Of a stretch of DNA of 64,000 bases, positions 40,933 to 51,473 are shown in pieces. This DNA is from Gemmatimonadales bacterium (GTDB lineage: Bacteria; Gemmatimonadota; Gemmatimonadetes; Gemmatimonadales; GWC2-71-9). A model generated the notes under the pieces. It saw nothing but the letters and a program-made list of their open reading frames with translations. It made no database searches and had not been told where the DNA came from. A program made the position numbers and the translations under genes. The DNA lies in NCBI GenBank assembly GCA_965249575.1, contig OZ252244.1, positions 3,200,001-3,264,000 on the forward strand, written 5' to 3'. Each line of letters starts with the position of its first letter. Within the stretch, counting starts at the first letter, position 1.

Positions 40933-43227
40933 ATGCCCTTCACGTCACGACACCGGCACGACCTGCTGGCCATCGTGGCTCTTCTCCTCGGGATCTTCGT
41001 CGGACTCTCACTTCTGCCCCTGGGGCTGACTGGCCCGTTGGGCAGCAGCGCAGGGCGCTCGCTGTGGAACTACCTCGGGTTCGGAGCGGTGCTCATTCCC
41101 GTGTTGGGCCTGAGCGTGGCGCTCGCGGGCTTCGGACGCCTGCCGGCGCTCAGCCTGTGGCGGGCAGCGGCGTTGTGCGGCGGCCTGATCATTCTCGTGC
41201 CATTCGCCATCGGCGTGGGCATGGGCATCAGCTCAATCGCCGACCTCCCCCCGAGCTACGAGGATTGGTCGGTCAGCGAGCGGCTGGTGGGGTTAGTCCC
41301 CGCCCTATTGGCAGTGGGCGTTACAGCAACGGTTGGCACAGCTGGGGCCGTCATCGTGGGGCTGATCGCGCTTTCCGGGCTGACGATGACCACGCTGGAC
41401 TGGCACCCATTCAAGCGGCTGGCACCGCGGGGCGCGCAAGAGCTCCTCGGGGACTCCTTCGATCGGCCGAGCCAGGGCGGCGCCGTCCAGGCGCGGCCGG
41501 GCGGGTCGTGGACCGAGGAGATCGACCCGGACGAACCCCCGAGACGGAACGGGATGGAAGGGTCTCGGGTGCGGCCGGGATTGCTGCCGGGTCGGCGGCG
41601 GTCGGACGGCTCCGGACGATTGGCCGTAGGGGAGGCGGCCGCAGACGAGCTGCCCCCGCTCGATCTGTTGGCCGCTCCCCGCCGCGACAGCGGTAGCGCA
41701 GGCGAGGCGGAGCTGGATGAGCTTGGCGAGGTGTTGGTTTCGACCCTCGCCACGTTCAAGGTCGAGGGGAAGGTCGTGGGACGCACCACCGGGCCCGTTG
41801 TCACCCAGTACGAGATCGCGCCGGGCTCCGGGGTCAAAGTGGGGAGGATCTCGTCCCTCGCTGACGATCTCGCCCTCGCGATGCGAGCCCAGTCGATACG
41901 CATCGTGGCGCCGATCCCGGGGCGAGGTGCGGTTGGTGTGGAGGTGCCGAATCCGAAACCGCGGATCGTGACGCTCCGCGAGCTCATCGAGGCACCGGAA
42001 TGGGACCGGTCGCGCTCGAGTCTCCCGATTGCCTTGGGACGCGATCTGGAGGGGAACCCCGTCGTGGCGGATCTCGCGAAGATGCCGCACTTGCTGATCG
42101 CGGGCGCCACAGGATCCGGAAAGTCCGTTTGCATCAATACCATCGTTACGAGCCTCATCTATCACTACACTCCGCACCTGCTCCGGATGCTCATGATCGA
42201 TCCGAAGATGGTCGAGCTCTCTTCCTACAACGCGCTCCCGCACCTGCGCCACCCGGTGGTCACGAATAACCACGACGCGGCTCAGACGCTCAAATGGGCC
42301 GTGATCGAAATGGAGCGTCGATACGAGCTGTTTCACGCCAATGCGTGCCGCAACCTGCACGACTTCAACCGGAAGGTCGTTGACGGAAAAGAGCTGTTCG
42401 GGCCCCTGGAGGCCGAGCCTGATCGAAAGGATCCTGGACGCGACGGCGTCGCGAGCGGAGCGCAGCGAGCGCTGTTAGGTGCCTATGGCGACGGCTTGCT
42501 CCCGTACGTCGTAATCATCGTAGACGAACTCGCCGATCTGATGATGACCGTCCAGGGTGAGGTGGAAACTCCTCTCGCCCTGCTGGCGCAAAAGGCACGG
42601 GCCACCGGGATCCATCTCATTCTCGCGACGCAACGTCCCAGCGTGAACGTGATTACTGGTCTCATCAAGGCGAACTTCCCAAGCCGCATCGCGTTCCGGG
42701 TGGCCTCCAAGGTCGATAGCCGGACGATCCTCGATCAGAATGGCGCCGAGGCGTTGCTGGGCAACGGCGATATGCTGTTCCTCCCGCCGGGAAAGAGTGA
42801 GCCGATCCGTGTCCAGGGCGCGTTTGTCGGCACGGAGGAGACGGAGGTCGTCACCGGCTGGTATCAGGATCGGAAGACGGCGTCCGACGACGCGCTGCGC
42901 GCACAGGGCCTGATCACGCCGGACGCACTCGAGGAAGACATCCTGACGGTGGTGCGCGCGAAGGAAGCAGCCGATCAGGACGTGGAGGAACCAAGATCGG
43001 CGGAGGGCGGTGAGCGGGACGCCCTATTCCGGGACGCGGCCGAAGTGTGCCTCCATCATCAGCTGGGCTCGACATCCCTCCTGCAGCGTAAGCTGAGGAT
43101 TGGCTATGGCCGCGCGGCGAGGATCATCGATCAGCTCCAGGACGCAGGCATCCTTGGACCACCGGACGGCTCTAAGCCCCGGGAGGTCCTGATAGGCGGC
43201 TCGCAGCTGGAGGAGTTCTGTGGGTGA
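40933..43227 (+). CDS. ftsK: DNA translocase FtsK
   Basis: N-terminal TMs, MPHLLIAGATGSGKS, DPKMVEL, DELADLM, ATQRPS, gamma domain LQRKLRIGYGRAARIID. Confidence 0.96.
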   Translation: MPFTSRHRHDLLAIVALLLGIFVGLSLLPLGLTGPLGSSAGRSLWNYLGFGAVLIPVLGLSVALAGFGRLPALSLWRAAALCGGLIILVPFAIGVGMGISSIADLPPSYEDWSVSERLVGLVPALLAVGVTATVGTAGAVIVGLIALSGLTMTTLDWHPFKRLAPRGAQELLGDSFDRPSQGGAVQARPGGSWTEEIDPDEPPRRNGMEGSRVRPGLLPGRRRSDGSGRLAVGEAAADELPPLDLLAAPRRDSGSAGEAELDELGEVLVSTLATFKVEGKVVGRTTGPVVTQYEIAPGSGVKVGRISSLADDLALAMRAQSIRIVAPIPGRGAVGVEVPNPKPRIVTLRELIEAPEWDRSRSSLPIALGRDLEGNPVVADLAKMPHLLIAGATGSGKSVCINTIVTSLIYHYTPHLLRMLMIDPKMVELSSYNALPHLRHPVVTNNHDAAQTLKWAVIEMERRYELFHANACRNLHDFNRKVVDGKELFGPLEAEPDRKDPGRDGVASGAQRALLGAYGDGLLPYVVIIVDELADLMMTVQGEVETPLALLAQKARATGIHLILATQRPSVNVITGLIKANFPSRIAFRVASKVDSRTILDQNGAEALLGNGDMLFLPPGKSEPIRVQGAFVGTEETEVVTGWYQDRKTASDDALRAQGLITPDALEEDILTVVRAKEAADQDVEEPRSAEGGERDALFRDAAEVCLHHQLGSTSLLQRKLRIGYGRAARIIDQLQDAGILGPPDGSKPREVLIGGSQLEEFCG

Positions 43228-43305
43228 GGGGTGCGCGCGTAACTCCGCGCCAGGTCGCGACCTTTGGATGTCCGTCCCGCGGCGCGGCGCACTCATGTTC
43301 GGACC

Positions 43306-43707
43306 ATGGGTGTGCAAAGCGATCCCCTGGACTGGAGTGACCCCCGCCACATTCGCGGTTATGAAGGCGAACGGACAGCATGGCGATTCCTCGAGCGCAA
43401 AGGCTTTGCGGTGCTCGCTCACCGATTTCGCATGGGACGCCTCGAGATCGACCTCGTGGCGCGCCGGGGGTGCCTGGTTGCCTTTGTCGAGGTCAAGACC
43501 CGGCGGAGCCCGACCTATGGAAGTCCGCTCAAGGCGCTGACGTGGCGAAAGAAACGCGAAATCGCAAGGGTCGCTCAGGCGTGGGTCGATCGATCGGGAG
43601 CGCCAGGTGACACGTATCGTTTTGATTTGATTGGGGTTACGGTGCACTCTTCAGGAGCGCATCGAGTCGAGCACGTTCCGGACGCCTTTCGAGTGGGCTG
43701 GCGATAG
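43306..43707 (+). CDS. yraN: YraN family (UPF0102) nuclease-like protein
   Basis: [23 protein letters not shown]; start uncertain. Confidence 0.87.
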   Translation: MGVQSDPLDWSDPRHIRGYEGERTAWRFLERKGFAVLAHRFRMGRLEIDLVARRGCLVAFVEVKTRRSPTYGSPLKALTWRKKREIARVAQAWVDRSGAPGDTYRFDLIGVTVHSSGAHRVEHVPDAFRVGWR

Positions 43708-43825
43708 ACGATTTTCGGCTTATATTCGGGTGTCGCCAGGTGGGCACGACCAGCGGGTGTGGCGCAATCTTGACCGGGCTGGCTTCCCTCGAATCCAACA
43801 ACACATTCCCTCCGACGAGGTTACC

Positions 43826-44869
43826 ATGGCCGTTGACGACAAGGCGCTCACAAGATCCGCCGACGATCGGCGTAAGGCACTTGACCTCGCCATTCAGCAG
43901 ATCGAAAAGACCTGCGGCAAAGGCTCCATCATGCGGATGGGGCAAGATTCGTGGGTCAAGGTCGACGCGATTCCCACCGGCGCACTCAATCTCGACGCCG
44001 CTGTCGGAGTCGGAGGTATCCCACGCGGCCGCATCACGGAGATCTACGGGCCGGAATCCAGCGGCAAAACGACGTTGGCCCTGCACGTGGCCGCGAACGC
44101 GCAACGCCTAGGGGGAGTGGCCGCGTTCATAGATGCGGAGCACGCCCTCGACGTCGAATATGCCAAGAAGCTCGGTGTCGATGTAGAGAATCTTCTCGTA
44201 TCGCAGCCGGATACGGGCGAGGAAGCCCTCGAGATTGCCGAAATCCTGGTGCGTTCCAGCGCTGTGGACGTCATCGTAGTCGACTCGGTGGCCGCGCTGG
44301 TCCCAAAGGCCGAGATCGAGGGCGACATGGGAGACTCGCACATGGGTCTGCAGGCTCGTCTCATGTCGCAGGCGCTGCGAAAACTCGCTGGCAGTATCAA
44401 CCGCTCTCGTACCTCAGTCGTCTTCATCAACCAGCTCCGCGAGAAAATCGGAGTGATGTTTGGCAATCCCGAGACGACGACGGGCGGCAGGGCGCTCAAG
44501 TTCTACTCGTCGGTCAGGCTGGACGTCCGGCGCATCGGTGCGGTCAAAGAGCGCGACGAAATCACCGGCAGCCGCGTCCGGGTGAAGGTCGTGAAGAACA
44601 AAGTTGCTCCGCCGTTTCGACAGGCGGAGTTCGACATCATGTTCAACGAGGGCATCAGCCATATCGCCTTGCTCGTGGACATGGCCGTGGAGGCCGGCAT
44701 CATAGAGAAGAGCGGTGCTTGGTATTCGTACGGCAAGGAGCGGGTGGGGCAGGGAAGGGAGAACGCGAAGCTCTACCTGAAAGACCACCCGGAAACGACT
44801 GCGGAAATCGAGACGAGAATCAAGGAATACCTCGGTATTCCGTCACTTCCCGTCCAAGAACAAGTCTAA
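43826..44869 (+). CDS. recA: Recombinase A
   Basis: [48 protein letters not shown] before ATG 43826. Confidence 0.99.
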   Translation: MAVDDKALTRSADDRRKALDLAIQQIEKTCGKGSIMRMGQDSWVKVDAIPTGALNLDAAVGVGGIPRGRITEIYGPESSGKTTLALHVAANAQRLGGVAAFIDAEHALDVEYAKKLGVDVENLLVSQPDTGEEALEIAEILVRSSAVDVIVVDSVAALVPKAEIEGDMGDSHMGLQARLMSQALRKLAGSINRSRTSVVFINQLREKIGVMFGNPETTTGGRALKFYSSVRLDVRRIGAVKERDEITGSRVRVKVVKNKVAPPFRQAEFDIMFNEGISHIALLVDMAVEAGIIEKSGAWYSYGKERVGQGRENAKLYLKDHPETTAEIETRIKEYLGIPSLPVQEQV

Positions 44870-44903
44870 GCCGACCGGCCGGCAAGAGGACGGATCTCGT
44901 CCC

Positions 44904-45542
44904 GTGTCCGCGGTGATTGTGACGGCCGTCCGGGTTGACCCGCGATCGGCGGGCGCTGTGTCCGTCGAGGTAGACGGCCAGCGGGTCGCTACAGTGTCGG
45001 TCACAGTGGCCGACCGGCTCGGTCTCAAGCGTGGTCACTCCCTGTCGGCCGGTCAGCTGGAGCAACTGCTCGAGGAGGCGGCGGTCGAGGCGGCTTACCG
45101 CGTGGCGGTCCGCATACTCGCGGCCCGCCCGCGAGCCCGGCGCGACCTGCTGCGACGCCTTACGGAGCGCGGTCACGAGCCGTCCCTGGTCGAACGGGCG
45201 GTTGCGCGGCTAGAATCCGCCGGCGTCGTCGACGACGATGAATTCGCCCGTCATTTCGTGCGCGTGCGGGCTCCGCGAGGTTATGGCCCCAGCCGGCTCC
45301 TTACCGACCTGCTCGCGCGGGGTGTTGATCGACGTGTCTCCGAACGCGCGGTGGCGGAGGTCAGTCATGCCGAGGGGACGGATTCCGAGACGATGGCCCG
45401 CTCACTCGCGGAGAAACGTGCCCGGCAACTCGGGTCGCTGGCCACGAAGCGCAAACAGCAGCGGCTCCTCGCCTACCTGGCGCGGCGCGGCTACCGGGGG
45501 CGCGCCGTTCGCGAAATGGTTGCGGAGATCGTGAGCGACTAA
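44904..45542 (+). CDS. recX: Regulatory protein RecX
   Basis: Follows recA; VDDDEFA, GYGPSRL..DL..RGV, YLARRGY. Confidence 0.9.
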   Translation: MSAVIVTAVRVDPRSAGAVSVEVDGQRVATVSVTVADRLGLKRGHSLSAGQLEQLLEEAAVEAAYRVAVRILAARPRARRDLLRRLTERGHEPSLVERAVARLESAGVVDDDEFARHFVRVRAPRGYGPSRLLTDLLARGVDRRVSERAVAEVSHAEGTDSETMARSLAEKRARQLGSLATKRKQQRLLAYLARRGYRGRAVREMVAEIVSD

Positions 45543-45601
45543 CACCCAGGCCCTCCTCAAAGTCCTGCCCCCTCCGTCTCGGTTTGGTTAGGTTACACGG
45601 T

Positions 45602-48217
45602 ATGAAGTCCAGTGACATACGCTCGTCGTTCGTGGACTACTTCGCGTCCCGAGGGCACGAAATCGTGCCCTCGTCGTCGCTGGTGCCGGCTGATGACCCA
45701 ACCCTCCTGTTTACCAACGCCGGCATGGTGCAATTCAAGCGAGTCTTCCAGGGACTGGAGCGTGGTGACTATAGTCGCGCCGTGACGTCGCAGAAATGCG
45801 TCCGCGCCGGCGGGAAGCATAACGATCTCGAACAGGTCGGACACACGGCGAGGCACCACACGTTCTTCGAGATGCTCGGCAACTTCAGCTTTGGGGACTA
45901 CTTCAAGAAAGAGGCGATCGAGTACGCCTGGGAGTGGGTGACCGGCGAGCAGTATATGGGCATCGATCCGGACCGGCTCTATGTGACGGTGCACCACACC
46001 GACACCGATGCCAGGCACCTGTGGCACCGAGTGACTGGGATCGACGAGTCGCGGGTCTACGGTCTGGGTGACGCAGACAATTTCTGGCAAATGGGGGACA
46101 CCGGACCGTGCGGGCCGTGCTCCGAGATCTACGTGGATTTACGAAGCCCCGGTCACCGGTCAGACAGCGGCGGACTCACGACCGAACGGTTTGAGGTGCT
46201 TGCCGAGGCCGGCGATTTACTCGAAATCTGGAACCTGGTGTTCATGCAGTTCGACCAGGCGCCGGACGGTTCCCGAACCCCACTGCCCGCTCCCTCGGTG
46301 GATACCGGAGCGGGGCTCGAGCGGATCGCTGCGGTGATGCAGCAAGTCGACTCCAACTTCCACACCGACCTCTTCACCCCGATTCTCACCAGGGCGTCTG
46401 ACGTCATCGGACGCGAGTACGACCCAGGTGCGAACGGCGCCGGGTTCCGTGTCCTCGCCGATCACGCGCGGGCCGTAGCCTTCCTGCTCGCCGATGGGGT
46501 GTATCCAAGCAGGGAAGGACGCGGATACGTTTTGAGGCGCATCCTCCGTCGTGCGGTCCGTCACGCCTATCTCCTCGGTCGCACCGAGCCGACGCTCGTG
46601 CACCTAGCGCGGGTAGTCGTCGAGCAGATGGGTGAGTGGTATCCCGAGCTGCGCCGCCGCGGCGACCACATCGAGAGCGTTACCCGTGCGGAGGAGGAGG
46701 GGTTTCTCGAGACCGTTGAGGACGGTCTCAGGCGCCTGGAGGAGTTGACGGCTGGTGATGGCGGCGTGGTCTCCGGAGCCGAGGCCTTCAAGCTCCACGA
46801 CACGTACGGGTTTCCGATTGATCTCACCCAAATCGTGGCGGGCGAGCGAGGCTGGTCCGTCGACCTCCGGGCGTTCGAGACGGCGCTGGCAGGGCAGCGA
46901 AAACGCTCGCGGCGTGTGGAGGTTGCGAACGCGACGGTTCGACGGCGAGGTGGGTTCAAGCGGGTAAAGCCGAGGGTCCGCCAGAAGTTCGTCGGGTACG
47001 ATACTACCCGCGCCGAGACGGAAATCATCGCGTTTCGCAAGGGGAATGGGCAGCTCGAGCTCGTCCTCCACCACAATCCGTTCTACGCGGAGGCCGGGGG
47101 CCAGGTTAGTGACACCGGTCTTGTCAAAGGGGAGGGGTGGGAGCTGCCGGTTGGGGATGTGGTCCGGGTTAACGGACTGCACGCGGTCGTCGGGCCGTAC
47201 GCGCAGGATTTCGAGCCGACCCCGGTTGAGGCGATCGTGGCGGAGCGGCGGCGCCATGACATTGAGCGCAATCATACGGCGACCCATCTGGTCCATGCGG
47301 CCCTGCGGGCGGTTCTAGGTGATCATGTGCGCCAGGCCGGGTCGGTGGTAGCGCCTGAGCGTCTGCGCTTTGACTTCTCCCATCACGCCCCCGTGGGCGA
47401 AGCCGATCTTCGTGCCATCGAGGAGCGGGTGAACGAGGGAATCTGGCTCAACGAAGACATCGTGACGTACGAGCTCCCCTATGCCGAGGCGCTGGGTCGC
47501 GGGGCGATGGCGTTGTTCGGTGAGAAGTACGGCGACAGGGTTCGGGTCGTCGAGGTCCCCGGGATCTCAGTCGAGCTGTGCGGCGGGACCCACGTCCGGA
47601 CGACAGGGCAGATCGGGCTCTTCCAGTTCACCGGAGAGTCCGGGGTAGCGGCGGGTGTACGGCGTATCGAAGCCGTAACGGGCCCAGGGGCCTACGCCAC
47701 CGTGCGTCAGAACGACGGCCGCCTCACCACCGCCGCACAGGCGCTCAAAACCACGCCCGAACACGTTGGTCGCCGCATCGACGGTCTGCTCGAGGACAAG
47801 CGGCGACTCGAAAAGCGGGTGGAGGACCTGCTGAAGCAGGGGGGTGCAGCAGGCGGGGCGTTTGAGAGCCGGATGCTCGGCGACGTGACCCTCTGGGTGG
47901 GGGCCCTACCGGTAGAGGATCGTGCGCAGGTGGGACTCATCTTGGATGCCAAGCGAGGGCAACACTCCAGCCGCGCGATTTTCGTGGCGACGACCCAGGG
48001 GGATCGGCCGGCCGTTTACGTCGCAGTCACCGACGACCTCGTCGCCCGCGGAGTGAGGGCGGGGGAACTCGTCAAGGAGATCTCCGCGGTGAGCGGGGGG
48101 CGCGGGGGGGGCAGGCCCCACTTCGCGTCAGCGAGCGTAGGGGACCCCGCGCGGCTTTCACAAACGCTGGAAGCGCTGGACTCCATCGTTCAGAGCGCCC
48201 TCGGGGGTGAGGTCTGA
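45602..48217 (+). CDS. alaS: Alanine--tRNA ligase
   Basis: DPTLLFTNAGM, HHTFFEMLGNFS, GPCGPCSEI, NHTATH, ELCGGTH, GGRGGG. Confidence 0.98.
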   Translation: MKSSDIRSSFVDYFASRGHEIVPSSSLVPADDPTLLFTNAGMVQFKRVFQGLERGDYSRAVTSQKCVRAGGKHNDLEQVGHTARHHTFFEMLGNFSFGDYFKKEAIEYAWEWVTGEQYMGIDPDRLYVTVHHTDTDARHLWHRVTGIDESRVYGLGDADNFWQMGDTGPCGPCSEIYVDLRSPGHRSDSGGLTTERFEVLAEAGDLLEIWNLVFMQFDQAPDGSRTPLPAPSVDTGAGLERIAAVMQQVDSNFHTDLFTPILTRASDVIGREYDPGANGAGFRVLADHARAVAFLLADGVYPSREGRGYVLRRILRRAVRHAYLLGRTEPTLVHLARVVVEQMGEWYPELRRRGDHIESVTRAEEEGFLETVEDGLRRLEELTAGDGGVVSGAEAFKLHDTYGFPIDLTQIVAGERGWSVDLRAFETALAGQRKRSRRVEVANATVRRRGGFKRVKPRVRQKFVGYDTTRAETEIIAFRKGNGQLELVLHHNPFYAEAGGQVSDTGLVKGEGWELPVGDVVRVNGLHAVVGPYAQDFEPTPVEAIVAERRRHDIERNHTATHLVHAALRAVLGDHVRQAGSVVAPERLRFDFSHHAPVGEADLRAIEERVNEGIWLNEDIVTYELPYAEALGRGAMALFGEKYGDRVRVVEVPGISVELCGGTHVRTTGQIGLFQFTGESGVAAGVRRIEAVTGPGAYATVRQNDGRLTTAAQALKTTPEHVGRRIDGLLEDKRRLEKRVEDLLKQGGAAGGAFESRMLGDVTLWVGALPVEDRAQVGLILDAKRGQHSSRAIFVATTQGDRPAVYVAVTDDLVARGVRAGELVKEISAVSGGRGGGRPHFASASVGDPARLSQTLEALDSIVQSALGGEV

Positions 48218-48495
48218 ACGAGCTCGATCGGTGGTTGCAGCCACGCCTCGCCGATGTGCCGGAGGTGCTGCGCTCCCGCATCGAGCGGGCGATCGCACAA
48301 CACCACGATTTTGAATCGTCGGAGGTGTCGGAGGCGCTGCGGCGGATAGGCGAGCGGATCCTGGCCGAGGCGCTGGCCGATCTCGACCGGGGCGGTGCGA
48401 TCACCCTGCTCGCCGCGGATGCCCTAGTGACCTACTCCTGCGAGGCGGTCGCCGAACGCGCGCCCCTTCGCTTGGGGCAGCTGGAGAGGCCGTGA
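48214..48495 (+). CDS. Small hypothetical protein (possible CTG start overlapping alaS stop)
   Basis: Helical ORF with LLAADALVTY; frame open from CTG 48214, first canonical start TTG 48235. Confidence 0.55.
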   Translation: MNELDRWLQPRLADVPEVLRSRIERAIAQHHDFESSEVSEALRRIGERILAEALADLDRGGAITLLAADALVTYSCEAVAERAPLRLGQLERP

Positions 48496-48585
48496 GAGGC
48501 AGGGCATGGGGATCGGGAGCGGGGATGCTCGCCATGTGCACCGCTCAGTGAAGCAGATCCTTCGAGGTGCGGCCGCGCAGCTCAC

Positions 48586-49350
48586 GTGATCGACATTCAC
48601 TGTCATCTCCTGCCTGCCGTGGACGACGGGGCGCGCACCGTCGGTGAGGCTGTCGAGGTCCTGCGTCAATTCCGGAACGCAGGAGTCACCACGGTTATTC
48701 TCACGCCGCACCTTCGGGCGAGCGACATCGATGGAGACGGTGATGCGGCGCTCGTCCGACGGGCCGGGGCCCTGGCCGAGCTCGAGGCGGCTGCGCCCCC
48801 GATCCCCCGCCTGGAGGTTGGGTTCGAGATCATGCTGGATCAGACGCTCCCGGCGCGCGCCATATCTGATCGACGCTTTGCGCTTGGTGCTTCCCGCTAT
48901 TACTTGGTCGAGTTTCATCCTACGGTGGTCGGCGCCTTTGCGGTGCCGATTCTCCGTCGGATCGCGGATGGCGGAGCCATTCCCATCGTTGCGCATCCCG
49001 AGCGCTATGCGGCTTGTGCTCCGGACGTCATTCGGAGCTGGCGGGATGCCGGTGCCCGTGTGCAGGTGGACGCAACGACCCTGACCCGTAAGACGACCCG
49101 AGCGCAGCGTGCCCGAGCATTTCTCTCGGCGGGGCTGGTCGACGTCGTGGCGGCGGATAATCACGGGGATACCCGATCGATGGACACCGCCGTTCGATAC
49201 CTTCGAACGCGGTGGGCGAGTGACCAGATAACCCAGGTCACGACACTCAATCCGGCCGCGATCCTCGAGGACCGATCCATGCACGATGGCCGGCCCGCAC
49301 CCATCGACACGGGTTGGATGCGCCGCCTCCTCAGGATCGCCGGTTTGTGA
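48586..49350 (+). CDS. CpsB/CapC PHP-family tyrosine-protein phosphatase
   Basis: MIDIHCHLLP.VDDG, TPH, VAHPERY, ADNHG. Confidence 0.9.
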   Translation: MIDIHCHLLPAVDDGARTVGEAVEVLRQFRNAGVTTVILTPHLRASDIDGDGDAALVRRAGALAELEAAAPPIPRLEVGFEIMLDQTLPARAISDRRFALGASRYYLVEFHPTVVGAFAVPILRRIADGGAIPIVAHPERYAACAPDVIRSWRDAGARVQVDATTLTRKTTRAQRARAFLSAGLVDVVAADNHGDTRSMDTAVRYLRTRWASDQITQVTTLNPAAILEDRSMHDGRPAPIDTGWMRRLLRIAGL

Positions 49351-49360
49351 GGTCGCCACG

Positions 49361-50110
49361 GTGTCGCTGATCGATCTGTCCGGTAAGGTCGCGATCGTAA
49401 CGGGTGGCTCCCGTGGCATCGGCCGGGCGACAGCGGCACTGCTCGACCACGCGGGGGCCACGGTGGCGGTCACCTTTCGTGAACGGCGGAGAGAGGCGGA
49501 AGAGGTCGTTCAGCGGATGCGTGGTACGGGCATCGCGATCCAAGCGGACCTTCGCCATGCGACGGAGAACGACCGGGTCATCGCCGAGACTACGGCGGCA
49601 CTTGGGAGGCTGGACATCGTCGTCGCCAATGCCGCGATCTGGCCCGTGGCCGACGTGCCCGTTGAGCGACTATCCGACGATCGGTGGCAGGCAACCCTGC
49701 AGACGAACATCGACTCTGTGTTCTTCGTTTGCCGGGCTGCATTGGGGATCCTGGAGGAGGGCTCTAGCATCGTGGCGGTCGCCAGCACCGCGGCGCAGCG
49801 CGGAGAGGCGCAGCATGCGGACTATGCCGCGAGCAAGGGTGCTGTTATCGCGTTCGTGAAGTCTCTGGCTGTCGAGGCCGCGCCGGGAGTGACCGTCAAC
49901 TGCGTGGCGCCCGGGTGGGTGGATACCGAGATGGCGTCCGCCTCGTACGAGGGCGATGGCCGGAGCCAGATCGAACGCGCGATACCTCTACGACGCGTCG
50001 CGACGCCCAAGGACATCGCGGGACCAATCGTGTTTCTGTGCTCCGGCCTCGCCAGACATGTGACCGGGGCGGTGCTCAGTGTTAACGGGGGGAGTGTACT
50101 GTGCGGCTGA
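49361..50110 (+). CDS. SDR oxidoreductase (FabG-like)
   Basis: TGGSRGIG, ANAA, YAASK, VNCVAPGWVDT. Confidence 0.92.
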   Translation: MSLIDLSGKVAIVTGGSRGIGRATAALLDHAGATVAVTFRERRREAEEVVQRMRGTGIAIQADLRHATENDRVIAETTAALGRLDIVVANAAIWPVADVPVERLSDDRWQATLQTNIDSVFFVCRAALGILEEGSSIVAVASTAAQRGEAQHADYAASKGAVIAFVKSLAVEAAPGVTVNCVAPGWVDTEMASASYEGDGRSQIERAIPLRRVATPKDIAGPIVFLCSGLARHVTGAVLSVNGGSVLCG

Positions 50111-50214
50111 CGCCTCGGGCTATCGGCACGCGTTGCTCGGACAGCGGCGGAGGCGCTCCATTGCTGCTGTGCCGTGCACCTAGCCCCCGATCGAGTCGGG
50201 CCGCCTAGCTTCCC

Positions 50215-51459
50215 GTGCGATTCCCCGGCGCGCTGGCGATACCTCCTCAAGTTCTTGAAATCGCGCGTACCCTCGAAGACGCTGGTTTTGAGACCTGGTG
50301 CGTCGGGGGTGCGGTGCGGGATAATCTGCTCGGTGTGGACAACGAGGACTTCGATCTTGCAACGGCGGCGCGCCCGGAGGATGTGGGGAGGTTGTTCCGG
50401 CGGAACGTCCCGATAGGCGTCGAGCACGGAACTGTTGCCGTGCTGGATCGCGAGAACACCCCGCACGAAGTCACCACGTTTCGACGAGACATCGAAACGG
50501 ATGGCCGACACGCGGTCGTGCAGTTCGGAGCGACTCTCGAGGACGACCTCGCACGTCGCGATTTCACGATCAACGCGATTGCGTATCACCCACTCCGAAA
50601 GGAGTGGCGCGATCCCTTCCGCGGAGCGGAAGATCTGAGTGCCGGGGTCGTTCGAGCGGTTGGAGATCCGGCGCAACGCTTTCGCGAGGATTACCTTCGT
50701 ATTCTCCGCGGCCTGCGCTTTGCGGCCCGGTTTGGATTCGCCATCGATCGGGCGACCTCGCACGCGGCCAAAGACTCGGTGGAGGGGTTGCGGTTGCTAT
50801 CCGCCGAGCGGGTCAGGTCGGAGTGGTTCAAGGGACTCTCGACGGCCCGCAGGCCGAGCGCCCTCGCGCGAGCGTGGCTCGAACTGGGGGCCGCGGCGAT
50901 CTGGCTGCCGGAGATCACTCTCTCCGGTGGCGAAGCGGAGGCGGGCGTGTCCGCCCTCGACCGCTTTTCGGGGCCTGACCCGGTGCTCCTCACCAGCTTT
51001 TTGTCAGACGATCCAGCGGCGACGCTCTTACGCCTCCGATGTGCGCGGGCGGAAGTTGAGCGGGCGCGTCGCATCGGGCGTTTCAGGGAGGGGAGGCCGG
51101 CCTCATCGTCCGACCCCGATGTCCGCCGGTGGATGGCAGAGTTGGGGAACACGGTGGACGACGTGCTGGCGATCCTGGCGGCAACTGGCGGGGCGGCCGA
51201 TCAGTGGACGGACGCCGTAACACGCATTCGAGAATCGCGGGCGCCCCTGGGCTTTGAAGACCTCGCCGTCACCGGGTCGGACCTTCTCGCCCTAGGGTAT
51301 CCAGAAGGTCCCCGGATCGGCCAAATCCTGAGAGCGCTCCTCAACGAGGTGCTGGAAGACCCGGCTCGAAACAACCGCGACTTTCTGCTGAGGTGGGCGC
51401 GAGATATTGGGGAACAGCTCTCGCCCGGGCCCAGAGATCCGAACGAGTTGGGGGCGTAA
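50215..51459 (+). CDS. cca: Class II tRNA nucleotidyltransferase (CCA-adding)
   Basis: GGAVRD, DFDLAT, EVTTFR, DLARRDFTINA, EDYLRILRG.RF. Confidence 0.85.
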   Translation: MRFPGALAIPPQVLEIARTLEDAGFETWCVGGAVRDNLLGVDNEDFDLATAARPEDVGRLFRRNVPIGVEHGTVAVLDRENTPHEVTTFRRDIETDGRHAVVQFGATLEDDLARRDFTINAIAYHPLRKEWRDPFRGAEDLSAGVVRAVGDPAQRFREDYLRILRGLRFAARFGFAIDRATSHAAKDSVEGLRLLSAERVRSEWFKGLSTARRPSALARAWLELGAAAIWLPEITLSGGEAEAGVSALDRFSGPDPVLLTSFLSDDPAATLLRLRCARAEVERARRIGRFREGRPASSSDPDVRRWMAELGNTVDDVLAILAATGGAADQWTDAVTRIRESRAPLGFEDLAVTGSDLLALGYPEGPRIGQILRALLNEVLEDPARNNRDFLLRWARDIGEQLSPGPRDPNELGA

Positions 51460-51473
51460 GCCCGTGCCCTCGT

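Noticed and set aside
43759..43775. sigma54 promoter or LexA box upstream of recA
   Set aside because: TGGCGCAATCTTGA has the wrong spacing and no GC at -12; no convincing palindrome
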